From the NCBI GenBank assembly GCA_027622665.1, contig JAQBYT010000004.1:128001-192000 (forward strand): DNA of 64,000 nt. Reading direction: 5' to 3'. Source of the DNA: Verrucomicrobiota bacterium (GTDB taxonomy: Bacteria > Verrucomicrobiota > Verrucomicrobiia > Opitutales > Seribacteraceae). The position numbers were made by a program, and so were the translations under genes. Positions 42,014-50,541 of the stretch are shown in pieces. How positions within the stretch are numbered: position 1 is the first letter of the stretch; each line of letters starts with the position of its first letter. The notes under the pieces are model-generated. The model saw only the letters and a list, made by a program, of their open reading frames with translations. It made no database searches and was not told the origin of the DNA.

Positions 42014-43014
42014 AAGCAAAGAACGTACCTCCCCGTCTTCTTGCTGCCAACCTTTTCCACCAGTCCGGCCTCCAATAGAGGTTTCAGCAGATTCATCGCC
42101 CCTTGCCGGGATACTCCCAGCGCCTCCCAGATTTCGGAAGGGGCCAGACTACCTTGGTCCCGTAGCAATTTCAGCAACCGTTCCTGCCTCGGACGTAGCG
42201 TAATCTTACCCGTTTGCTTTACGTTCAGCGAACGGATCCGCATCCAGACGCGTTCCAAAGTCTGCCTCAAGCCCTCGGCGCAGTATTCCAGCCAGCCCGT
42301 CAGGTCTTCACCCTTCTTTCGTACGGAGGCGAGCGCATCATAGTAGTCCCGGCGCTGCTCCCAGTAATATTCATCCACCGAAAACACGTGATGCGTGTCG
42401 TACCCCCTACGATACAGCTCCCAAAGGGCGATCGCCCGACCCACGCGCCCATTGCCATCGGCAAAGGGATGAATCGCTTCAAAGCGATAATGCAGAATGG
42501 CCGAGCTCAGAACGGGCGACAATTCGCCTGATCGCTTGTTCCACCATTCCAGCAATTCGAACACCAAGCCGGAGACCATGCTCGGTTCCGGGGGCAGGTA
42601 GTCGCCCACTCGTACTTTGATCGTTCTGTAGCGCCCTGCCTCGCCTTGGTCCATCACCCCATCGGCGAGAATCTCGTGGAGGCGGAACAAGTCGTCATGG
42701 CCAAGCTTCTTTTTTTTCGCCTGTTTTTCGACATGCCGCAGGCCGGCGAAATAGTTTAACACCTCCCTGCGGGAACGCTCCGTATCCCCGACGGATTCAT
42801 CCCCTGCCTCCAGCGCCCGCACTTGTTCCAGAGTCAGGGGGTTTCCTTCGATTGCGGTGGATGCATGGGCGTTGCGCGACTGACTGTCCTTTTGCAAAGC
42901 CGGCATCCACGCCAGTTCCACCGCCGCCAACTGCAACCGTTCACGCAATGCGCTCACCTCCTCGACCAGAGAAAGCAGCTGCGGCGTAATGGTGAACTGT
43001 GGCTCGTAACTCAC
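42010..43014 (-). CDS. Fic family protein with an N-terminal inhibitory motif and a C-terminal winged HTH
   Basis: STAIEGN inhibitory motif, HPFADGNGRVGR catalytic motif, and a C-terminal SEIWEALGVSRQGAMNLLKPLLEAGLVEKVG..KTGRY. Confidence 0.93.
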   Translation of the reverse strand: MSYEPQFTITPQLLSLVEEVSALRERLQLAAVELAWMPALQKDSQSRNAHASTAIEGNPLTLEQVRALEAGDESVGDTERSRREVLNYFAGLRHVEKQAKKKKLGHDDLFRLHEILADGVMDQGEAGRYRTIKVRVGDYLPPEPSMVSGLVFELLEWWNKRSGELSPVLSSAILHYRFEAIHPFADGNGRVGRAIALWELYRRGYDTHHVFSVDEYYWEQRRDYYDALASVRKKGEDLTGWLEYCAEGLRQTLERVWMRIRSLNVKQTGKITLRPRQERLLKLLRDQGSLAPSEIWEALGVSRQGAMNLLKPLLEAGLVEKVGSKKTGRYVLCL

Positions 43015-43022
43015 GATGGTAA

Positions 43023-43052
43023 GTCAAGCATCTGTCAACTTTTCTGTCAACT
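43023..43052. promoter_or_regulatory. Three direct GTCAA repeats (two exact tctgtcaact) just upstream of fic; candidate operator
   Basis: gtcaa at 43023, 43034 and 43046 (11/12-bp period), 9-38 bp upstream of the fic GTG. Confidence 0.45.
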
Positions 43053-43078
43053 CTCCTTCGGGAATCCACTTCACACCC

Positions 43079-43319
43079 TGTCATTGCGAGGAAGGCGTCA
43101 GCCTGACGGGCAATCCAGCGAAACCATCCCACCTCACCCCTTCTTGTCATTGCGAGGAGGGCGTTAGCCTGACGTGGCAATCCAGCGGTTGCGTTGGGCA
43201 TCGCCCGGGCATCCCATGTCACGCCTCATACTGGATTGCCACGTCAGTTCTCTTCGAGATCTTCCTCGCAATGACAGAGTGTCTGGATTGCCGCGCCACT
43301 TCGTGGCTCGCAATGACAA
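43079..43319. repeat. Nested REP-like palindromic element (two forward and two reverse units)
   Basis: tgtcattgcgag...ggcaatccag at 43079-43118 and 43145-43185; reverse ctggattgcc...ctcgcaatgaca at 43231-43276 and 43283-43318. Confidence 0.9.
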
Positions 43320-43352
43320 TCCGCAAGTCCGAAAACTTAAGGCAAGCCGGTC

Positions 43353-44564
43353 TTACAGTTCTCCGGCGAAGGCTTTTTGGAGGAGGGATTGCTTGAGTTC
43401 GGCCAGGGCGCTCTGCTTGCGCTCGTAGATCGCCTCCAGCGCCTTGGTTTCCTCCGACAAGGCATCGAGCTTTTCCACGATCGCTTGTTGGGTGGGGAGG
43501 GGTGGAAGCACAAAAGGTAAGTTACACCACTTTGATTTGTTAATGATTGGCAACGTCGCTTGACCTGAGCTCCCATGAACTAAGTTTTGAAAACCAGAAG
43601 TCGTGAATTGGTAGTAGGCAAACTTTGCATAAAGGTTCTCATGCGGTGTAAGAGTATTGATTTGCTGGTTGGTCGTAATCTCTCGTTCACACCATCCCGA
43701 TTTTCCAATTGTCGCACCGATGCAAACCATTAGTGCAGAGGTTTCTTGTACCAACCTGGAAACACTCAAACCAGACGCACTCAAGCCCTCGTTTTCATAG
43801 TTTAAAGAACCGTCTTCGTTAAAGTCGCCCGGCTTAATGAAAGGGATGTGATTTCCATAATGTTCGGGATTTGCCTTCTTCGGTGTTGAGCCTGTTTGCG
43901 TTGATCCACATTCCCCCAGTGTGGTCTCTACCCAGTCGTCGCCTTTTTGGGAGAAGGTGGATTGGAGGACGGATTGGAAGAGTTCGCGGGCGTTGTGGAG
44001 GTTTTTCTCGGCTTGGGCGTTGGCCGCCGCGATCCCCTCAAAGGCTTCATCCAAGATCCCCACGATCCGCTCCTGCTCGGCGAGGGGTGGGACAGCAAAT
44101 GGCAACAAAGCCATATCTTTTGTACTGACATTTTGTTGGGCGGCACCATGGCCATCTTCCGTAAGCAGTGCTCTGAACGACTCTGATGATAAATATAAAA
44201 ACAGAAACCGTTGTGTCAGTTGTTCGGAACTCTTCGGGTTAACCCTCGCTACGCGTTGATTTAAAACCGCAGGGAGATGTTCGTTTTGAATTATGCCGGC
44301 TCTCCCAATGTATCCAGTGAGTGAAACGAGAACATCACCCTCATCTAGGATAAATCGCTCCAATCCCTTTTCGGGTGCGATGTATTTTGGTTTATCCAAG
44401 GAAATGTATCCGTCCTGAACATTTCCAATACGCATCACGAAATGCCCATCGTCGCTGTAATTTTTACTTTTGAATGCGTATCCATTTTGAATGGATACAA
44501 CCTCCCCCAAGGTCTTCACTTCCCAGCCTGCTTTGGGGGTTGATGGGGCGCTGGCCATGATCAT
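43353..44564 (-). CDS. hsdS: Type I restriction-modification specificity subunit
   Basis: W..KTLGEV / WVETTLGE starts, two TRDs, PPLAEQERIV and PPLPTQQAIV, and LKQSLLQKAFAGEL; ATGA overlap with hsdM. Confidence 0.95.
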   Translation of the reverse strand: MIMASAPSTPKAGWEVKTLGEVVSIQNGYAFKSKNYSDDGHFVMRIGNVQDGYISLDKPKYIAPEKGLERFILDEGDVLVSLTGYIGRAGIIQNEHLPAVLNQRVARVNPKSSEQLTQRFLFLYLSSESFRALLTEDGHGAAQQNVSTKDMALLPFAVPPLAEQERIVGILDEAFEGIAAANAQAEKNLHNARELFQSVLQSTFSQKGDDWVETTLGECGSTQTGSTPKKANPEHYGNHIPFIKPGDFNEDGSLNYENEGLSASGLSVSRLVQETSALMVCIGATIGKSGWCEREITTNQQINTLTPHENLYAKFAYYQFTTSGFQNLVHGSSGQATLPIINKSKWCNLPFVLPPLPTQQAIVEKLDALSEETKALEAIYERKQSALAELKQSLLQKAFAGEL

Positions 44565-46018
44565 TGGGCGACGAGTTCCTTGACCTTGCCGAGAATGTTG
44601 GCGCTTTCCTTATCAAGCGCGGCGATTTCCTCCAGAATGGCTTCGGGTTCGCGCAGCTCGACTTCATCGTTGCGATTGGGGTTCTTGACCGAGAGGTCGC
44701 AGGTGGCTTCGTCCACTTCGCCCGCGTCCACGCTCCAGGATTGGTCCGAATCGGCGAGGGTCTTTTGGAGCTCCACGAATTCGGCGAGGTCGGCGTCGTT
44801 CAGGGGGTTGGTCTTGCCGAGGTTGCGACCCGGGTCGAGTTGGTAGTACCAGACTTTGCGGGTAGGGGCGCCTTTTTCGAAGAAGAGCACCACGGTCTTC
44901 ACGCCCGCTCCTTGGAAGGTGCCGCCGGGGCAGTCGAGCACGGTGTGGAGGTTGCAGCTCGCGAGCAGTTCCTTGCGGAGGGCGACGGAGGCGTTGTCGG
45001 AATTGGAGAGGAAGGTGTTCTTGATGACGATGGCGGCCCGTTCACCGGCCCGGAGCATGCGGATAAAGTGCTGGAGGAAGAGGAAGGCGGTTTCGCCGGT
45101 CTTGATGGGGAAGTTTTGCTGCACTTCCTTGCGTTCCTTGCCGCCGAAGGGGGGATTGGCGAGGATGACGTCGTAGCGGTCCTTGTCCTGCACGTCCTGA
45201 TCGTGGTCGGCGAGGGTGTTGGCATGGATGATGTTGGGCGCCTCCACCCCGTGCAGGATGAGGTTCATAATGCCGATGACGTAGGCGAGGGATTTCTTTT
45301 CCTTACCGTAGAGGGTGCGTTCCTGCAGGGTGGCGAGTTGATCGGCGGTGAGGTCGGCGGCGCGGAGGTAGTCATGGGCTTCACACAAGAAGCCGGCGGA
45401 GCCACAGGCGGGGTCGTAGATGCGTTCGCCGATTGCGGGGGCGGTGGCCTTGACCATGGCCCGAATGAGTGGGCGCGGGGTATAGTACTCGCCACCATTA
45501 CGGCCGGCGTTGCCCATGCGCTTGATCTTTTCCTCGTAGAGGGCGGAGAGCTCGTGCTTTTGCTGTTGGGAACGAAATTGGAGGGTATCGATGTGTTCGA
45601 GGGCGTCACGGAGGGAATAGCCGCTCTGGAACTTGTTCCCGATTTCGCCAAAGATCTCGCCGATCTTGTACTCGATGGTGTCGGGGCTTTCGGCCCTGCC
45701 CTTGAAGCCCTTTAGGTAGGGGATGAGTTCGCCGTTTACGTACTCCACGAGGTCGGGCCCGACGAGGGCGTTATTGTGGTCGAAGGCGCCGGATGCGTCC
45801 TTGGGGGCGGCCCAAAAGGACCAGCGGTAGTCTTCGTCGATGATGGGATCGAAGAGCTTGCCCTCGAGGGCGGCTTCCATGCGACGGGTTTCCTCGAGGT
45901 CGTCGAGGTACTTGAGGAAGAGGAGCCATGAGGTCTGCTCGACGTAGTCTAGCTCGGAGGAACAACCGGCATCTTTGTGCAGGACGTCGTCGATATTCTT
46001 AAAGGCTTGTTCGAACAT
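44561..46018 (-). CDS. hsdM: Type I restriction-modification N6-adenine methyltransferase
   Basis: GEYYTPR, YDPACGSAGFL and LANPPFGG. Confidence 0.96.
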   Translation of the reverse strand: MFEQAFKNIDDVLHKDAGCSSELDYVEQTSWLLFLKYLDDLEETRRMEAALEGKLFDPIIDEDYRWSFWAAPKDASGAFDHNNALVGPDLVEYVNGELIPYLKGFKGRAESPDTIEYKIGEIFGEIGNKFQSGYSLRDALEHIDTLQFRSQQQKHELSALYEEKIKRMGNAGRNGGEYYTPRPLIRAMVKATAPAIGERIYDPACGSAGFLCEAHDYLRAADLTADQLATLQERTLYGKEKKSLAYVIGIMNLILHGVEAPNIIHANTLADHDQDVQDKDRYDVILANPPFGGKERKEVQQNFPIKTGETAFLFLQHFIRMLRAGERAAIVIKNTFLSNSDNASVALRKELLASCNLHTVLDCPGGTFQGAGVKTVVLFFEKGAPTRKVWYYQLDPGRNLGKTNPLNDADLAEFVELQKTLADSDQSWSVDAGEVDEATCDLSVKNPNRNDEVELREPEAILEEIAALDKESANILGKVKELVAQ

Positions 46019-46128
46019 GGGGAGGAGAAAGGGTGATTGAAGACAGTGGGTAGGACGCTAGCGTCTCGACGGGTGTCTACAAGCGGAAAGATTTGCGGTG
46101 GGATTCCCGCGAGGAGGGCTTCCGCCCG

Positions 46129-46797
46129 TCATTTTGCCACGAAGGCGGCGCGGATTTTTCGCAGGGTTTTTCGTATGGGTGCTTCGGAGCTTTGGGGGGA
46201 GGCGCAGAAGAAGAGGTAGGTTCGCTTGCGGATCTTGTCTTTCCATGCGTGGATCTCGAGGTGGAGGTCCTGCGGTTTGCCGGTCGCGAATGGCTCGATC
46301 CACTTTAGGGTGGCGAGGTAGGCGGCGGGGGACTTTGCCTGCTTGGGGGCGGAACCGGGGAGATCCTTGGCGGGCTTGAGGTCGATGGCGAACTTCGAGA
46401 CGTCCACCTTGCGGCCCTTACCGGCGGAGACGCGGGAGGAGAGGCCTTGGTAGTAGAGAAGGATTTGCTTGCGAAGGCCGGCGGGGGAGACGTCTGCGTC
46501 GCCGGCGAGGGAGAAGACGAGGGCGTAGCTGAAGAAGTCGGGTCGGTCCGCCTTGAACATGCCGGGAGCGAAGCGGATTTCCTCAATTCCCTTCCAATCC
46601 ATGGTGGGAGAGAAGCCGGGCGGGAGCTTGATGCGTTCGCCGAACCAACCGGGATCGGTTTCCCAGTGGAAGGTCTCGGGCTTCGGAGTGATGGTTTTCG
46701 GAGCGGTTTCCGCTTTTACTTGGGCAGGTCCTTGCAATGTCCCAGCTAGAAAAAGCAAGGTCGAGGCCAAATGGATCTTACTTCTCGGGATGGTCAT
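46129..46797 (-). CDS. Secreted hypothetical protein
   Basis: Start MTIPRSK at 46797 with a signal peptide; ERIKLPPGFSP...GIEEIRFAPGMF...FFSY. Confidence 0.7.
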   Translation of the reverse strand: MTIPRSKIHLASTLLFLAGTLQGPAQVKAETAPKTITPKPETFHWETDPGWFGERIKLPPGFSPTMDWKGIEEIRFAPGMFKADRPDFFSYALVFSLAGDADVSPAGLRKQILLYYQGLSSRVSAGKGRKVDVSKFAIDLKPAKDLPGSAPKQAKSPAAYLATLKWIEPFATGKPQDLHLEIHAWKDKIRKRTYLFFCASPQSSEAPIRKTLRKIRAAFVAK

Positions 46798-46810
46798 GTT
46801 GAGGAATTCC

Positions 46811-48259
46811 TTACTTTTTGGAGGTGAAGGGGGAGGCGGGGAGCCCTTCACGGTTGACGAGGTTGGGGGTGGCCAGTTGGTCCCAGCCAAAGCGCACTTG
46901 GATGGGTTCCTTGACCATCTTGCTTTTCGCCACGATGTGATCTCCATGCACGATAAAGGTTTCGGCCTGATGCCAGACACCGTCCTTGCCGGCCACCTCG
47001 AAATGGCTTGGGTTCTTCTTGTCGGTTGTGGTCAGGCCGTGCGGCTTTCCCCCCATTTTCTTGAAATGCACGGTGATGCTTCCCTTCCCGCCGTCGGAGT
47101 GGTCGGCTTTGTCGAAAAGTGGCCCGGAGTAGACGATCTTGTCGTTGCCGTAGTCGTTGGCGAGGGCCCATAGGGCGAGGCGCTTGCCTACGTCTTGCTT
47201 GTTGGGTGGGTGGATGTTGGTGAGGGTGGTGATGTCGGTGGTTACCGCCATGCCTGTGTGCGGCACCTTAAGGGTTTCGAGCTGGGCTTGCCAAATGCCC
47301 GGCAAGCTTTTGGGGTCGCCACGGTATTTGTAGGGAGCGAGTTGGACGAAGTGAAAGGGGAGTTCGGGATTGTTCCAAACGCTTCTCCAGCCCGCGATGA
47401 GGGCTTTCATCTTTTCGTGGTAAAGCATGCCTTCGCCGTTGTTGGATTCACCTTGGTACCAGATAGCTCCCTTGATGGCATAAGGCAGCAAGGGGGAAAT
47501 CATGCCGTTGTAGAGAGCTAGCGGCGTTTGGTGGTTGATTTTGTTGCCTCTTTTCTGAGGAAACTGGTCGAGCTTGTCGGCAAAGTCCTTCTTGAGGGAG
47601 GGTACGGCCATGAACCCTACGGGCGGTATCCATGGCTCGATACGTGTGCCGCCCCAGTTGGAACCAATTAACCCGATGGGCACGTTGAGTTCGTTCTTTA
47701 GGTGGCGCCCGAAATAGTAGCCGACTGCAGTGAAGTTGGCCACGGTGGAGGGGCTGCAGACTTGCCATCCGGAAGTTTGAACGTCGCGCTCGGGTTTGTC
47801 CGAAGGACGGTGCGGCACCTTTACGTGCCGAATAAGAGGATGTTTGGCATTGGCGATCTCCTCCTTTGCATTGGTGGAGCGCGAGACGGTCCACTCCATG
47901 TTCGACTGACCCGAGCAAAGCCAGACCTCGCCGACGAGTACGTCCTCCAGTTTGATTTCGTTGGACCCCTTGACCACGAGGTCGGCTCCCTTTGCATTGG
48001 CTTTGGAGGCGGGGAGCTTTACTTGCCATTTACCATCTTTGTCCGCTTTGGTGGAAACCTTGGCATCGTGGAAAGTGACGGTGACTTCCTCGCCGGGATC
48101 GGCCCAACCCCAGACGGGCACCGCTACTCCTTGCTGGAGAACCATGTGACTACCGAGAATGGAGGGTAACTTTACTGCGGCCGAGGTGATGGTCGCTGAA
48201 ATCGCCGTTAGGGCTAGGATGCCGAGCAGGCGTCGGGATGGGAATGATGAATTTTTCAT
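46811..48259 (-). CDS. Sialate O-acetylesterase (SGNH/SASA) family protein
   Basis: GEVWLCSGQSNMEW, WYQGESN, IHPPNKQDVGKRLA and NREGLPASPF. Confidence 0.92.
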   Translation of the reverse strand: MKNSSFPSRRLLGILALTAISATITSAAVKLPSILGSHMVLQQGVAVPVWGWADPGEEVTVTFHDAKVSTKADKDGKWQVKLPASKANAKGADLVVKGSNEIKLEDVLVGEVWLCSGQSNMEWTVSRSTNAKEEIANAKHPLIRHVKVPHRPSDKPERDVQTSGWQVCSPSTVANFTAVGYYFGRHLKNELNVPIGLIGSNWGGTRIEPWIPPVGFMAVPSLKKDFADKLDQFPQKRGNKINHQTPLALYNGMISPLLPYAIKGAIWYQGESNNGEGMLYHEKMKALIAGWRSVWNNPELPFHFVQLAPYKYRGDPKSLPGIWQAQLETLKVPHTGMAVTTDITTLTNIHPPNKQDVGKRLALWALANDYGNDKIVYSGPLFDKADHSDGGKGSITVHFKKMGGKPHGLTTTDKKNPSHFEVAGKDGVWHQAETFIVHGDHIVAKSKMVKEPIQVRFGWDQLATPNLVNREGLPASPFTSKK

Positions 48260-48349
48260 GGTCTACTATTTTGGTTTTCCGGAATGAGAGTGCGTAAAAG
48301 TGTAGAATCCTCGGCTCGCCGGCAAGAACGCAGGAGAATTTCCGAGAAA

Positions 48350-48676
48350 TTAATTCTTCAGCTCTAGCAGAGGGCTGGGCTGGTTGTTCGTAAGAGAAGC
48401 CGAGAGGACGCCGGACGCCGGAGAAACGTTTTCAGGAGTGGCGATCCTCGGGTGCCATTCCTCGCCGACCCATTTTACGCGGAATTTTTCTGCCGATTTC
48501 CTTTTTTCCGATATGAGTAAGGTTGACGGAGTGCGGATGTTTTTCTGGCCTTAGCACTCAAGGTCCGTTGATAAGTTTTCCCCGACAATCCGCAGGATGC
48601 TTAGCTTTTTCTAGGCAGCATGGATCGAGTTGATTTGAGTACTGATTACCAGAAGGATAATAGAGAATGTTTTCAT
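48350..48676 (-). pseudogene. Sulfatase relic with two in-frame stops and an internal deletion
   Basis: A single frame reads MKTFSIILLVISTQINSIHAA*KKLSILRIVGENLSTDLEC*GQKNIRTP..., resembling the sulfatase N-terminus KPNILWI..E/D...DLGCYG...V.TP. No CxPxR motif remains. Confidence 0.7.
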
Positions 48677-48855
48677 AACGTACAGAAAGTGCATAGATGA
48701 TCCTATCGTTAAGGTTTTAAGGGCAACTTTCGAGTTGCCCGGTAAATTCCATGCCCTTGCAACGGGCTGGGTATCAGGATCTTATGCGTTTATGGCTGGG
48801 TTTCGTTGCCCTCCGGTAAAGCCGTGCCGAATTTGGGATGACACTTAATCGGTAC

Positions 48856-48931
48856 ATAAAAGCGGCCCGCCCCGGTTGCAACCAAGGGCGGGCCTAAAAC
48901 CAAGAAAGCCTACCCCAAAACTCTCTTGGAA
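48856..48931 (-). ncRNA. Candidate small RNA (two hairpins, about 75 nt)
   Basis: Upstream TTGACG-N18-TATAGT; stem ccaagagag/ctttcttgg with loop uuuugggguagg; then a GC-rich terminator hairpin followed by gcuuuu. Confidence 0.5.
48858..48894 (-). terminator. Intrinsic terminator
   Basis: On the minus strand, ggcccgccc-ttggttgcaaccg-gggcgggcc followed by gcttttat. Confidence 0.7.
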
Positions 48932-48937
48932 GATTTC

Positions 48938-48967
48938 ACTATATGAGAGTAAAAGAGAGCTCGTCAA
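48938..48967 (-). promoter_or_regulatory. Sigma70-like promoter
   Basis: -35 TTGACG (48967-48962), 18-nt spacer, -10 TATAGT (48943-48938). Confidence 0.55.
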
Positions 48968-49140
48968 CTCCCATTGAAAAAATCTTTCGGTGTCAGAGTT
49001 GAGGTGTTTTCAGAAACCCTTGTTCCTCTGTAATTTCCCTCAGAAAAAATGTCGAAATATTTTTAAAAACCTTCGCTTTTCGAAAGAGTTTCTCGATTCC
49101 TTCTCGTTTTTTGAATGAGCTTTCGAGCACAAGTTTCGGC

Positions 49141-50541
49141 CTAATATTCTTGCGATTTCTTAATGCCCGGCTCGGGGACGGGATATATGCCTTCGGCGTT
49201 GGCTAAAAGAGGAGAATCCGATTCCAGGGTAAGCTTTTCCACTCCCGGGGCGAACTGGTGTTTTGAATTGAGCATTTGGTCGTAGGTTATTTCCTGTCCG
49301 GTGTGGGCGGCCATGCGACCCATCGAGGTCGTTGTACTGGCTGCTACACCGCGATCGACTTCGTTGTAAGGCTTGTTGTTGCGGATCGCGTCCATGAGGT
49401 GCTCCCATTCGTCTTGGTAGGGATTGGTCTCGGTGATCGGGCGTTGGCCATCGCGTTGGCCGAACATCCATGCGATATCACTGTCTGGCCCCTGTCCCTT
49501 GTGTATGCGAGCCTGCGAACGGTGGCCTCCGGGGCCGGAAACCAAAGCATATCCCTTGGTGCCGTGGGCATTGCTACTGAATTCACCGTAGCAACCCGCC
49601 ATATTTCGTCCGTGCAGATAGAGCTTGGTTCCGTCGTCGTAGGTGTATTCAACGGTGTAGTTGTCAAGGTTTTGGTCGATGCTGTCTCCTCGGTAATGCC
49701 GTCCTCCCTGGGCTTGCGCCTTCACCGGCCAAGCATCTTTCATCCAGCAGCACTCGTCGATGTTGTGGATAAAGAAGTCGCTAAAGGAACCCCCGCTCAG
49801 CCAAAGGAAGCTGTGGAACCGCTTTATTTGGTACATCAGTTCCTTTTCGTTGTCGGGTTTTTTCCCGGAAAAGCACGAGGCGATGGGACCTTGCATACGG
49901 TATGCCCGTAGGGCGAGGATTTCTCCGATTTCCCCGTCTTTGATACGGGAAAACAGTTCTCGCCTAGCTTTACTGTGACGACACATCAGGCCAACCCCGA
50001 CCTTGAGGTTTTTCTTCTTAGCTTCTTGGTTTAATTCAAGCATTTTCCGGGAGGAAAAACCGTCCGGCGTGACAGGCTTTTCCATGAAGACGTTCAAGCC
50101 TTTTTTGATCGCATACTCGTAATGCACCCAACGAAACGCGCATGGGGTAGTGAAGATCGCCACGTCGCCTTTGTCTAGGGTGTCCATGGCTTTCTTGTAA
50201 CCGTCGAAGCCAATGTGTTTGTTGTCAGGCGATACGTCCACCTTGTCCTTGTGCTTGTTTTTGAGTCCGTTGTAGCTGCTGTCCAGTCTGTGCTGGAAGA
50301 CGTCGGCCATTGCCACAAGTTTTGTGGGGCCATTGGCAAGGGAGACGGAGAGGGCGTTGCTGGCTGCGCCTGTGCCGCGTCCGCCGCAACCGATGAGCGC
50401 GATCTTTGTGGTGTCGTCGGTCTTGCCGTGAACCATGGGAAGCGTTACGCCCGCGAGGGCGCCTACTCCGGCGATTTTGCCACCGTTGCCGATGAAGGAC
50501 CGGCGCGTTATGGGAGAGGATGTTTCGGGTGTCTTGTCCAT
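49141..50541 (-). CDS. Gfo/Idh/MocA family oxidoreductase, Tat-exported
   Basis: Start MDKTPET at 50541; TRRSF Tat motif, ALIGCGGRGTG, FMEKP and IHNIDE. Confidence 0.9.
   Translation of the reverse strand: MDKTPETSSPITRRSFIGNGGKIAGVGALAGVTLPMVHGKTDDTTKIALIGCGGRGTGAASNALSVSLANGPTKLVAMADVFQHRLDSSYNGLKNKHKDKVDVSPDNKHIGFDGYKKAMDTLDKGDVAIFTTPCAFRWVHYEYAIKKGLNVFMEKPVTPDGFSSRKMLELNQEAKKKNLKVGVGLMCRHSKARRELFSRIKDGEIGEILALRAYRMQGPIASCFSGKKPDNEKELMYQIKRFHSFLWLSGGSFSDFFIHNIDECCWMKDAWPVKAQAQGGRHYRGDSIDQNLDNYTVEYTYDDGTKLYLHGRNMAGCYGEFSSNAHGTKGYALVSGPGGHRSQARIHKGQGPDSDIAWMFGQRDGQRPITETNPYQDEWEHLMDAIRNNKPYNEVDRGVAASTTTSMGRMAAHTGQEITYDQMLNSKHQFAPGVEKLTLESDSPLLANAEGIYPVPEPGIKKSQEY

Noticed and set aside
43079..43319. 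Possible CRISPR array
   Set aside because: The units are in both orientations, degenerate and irregularly spaced, and no cas genes are present.
43353..44564. Possible hsdS shufflon or invertible system
   Set aside because: There is only one hsdS, with no silent TRD copies and no recombinase in the window.
44564..45715. Long antisense ORFs (383 aa opposite hsdM; also 41025..42050, 6264..7034 and others)
   Set aside because: These are shadow frames of GC-rich genes with no recognisable motifs.
39490..46130. R-M locus as a mobile island with att sites
   Set aside because: I found no integrase, tRNA or flanking direct repeats by eye.
48815..48832. Sigma54-like GGCACG on the minus strand
   Set aside because: The -12 GC dinucleotide is absent at the required spacing.
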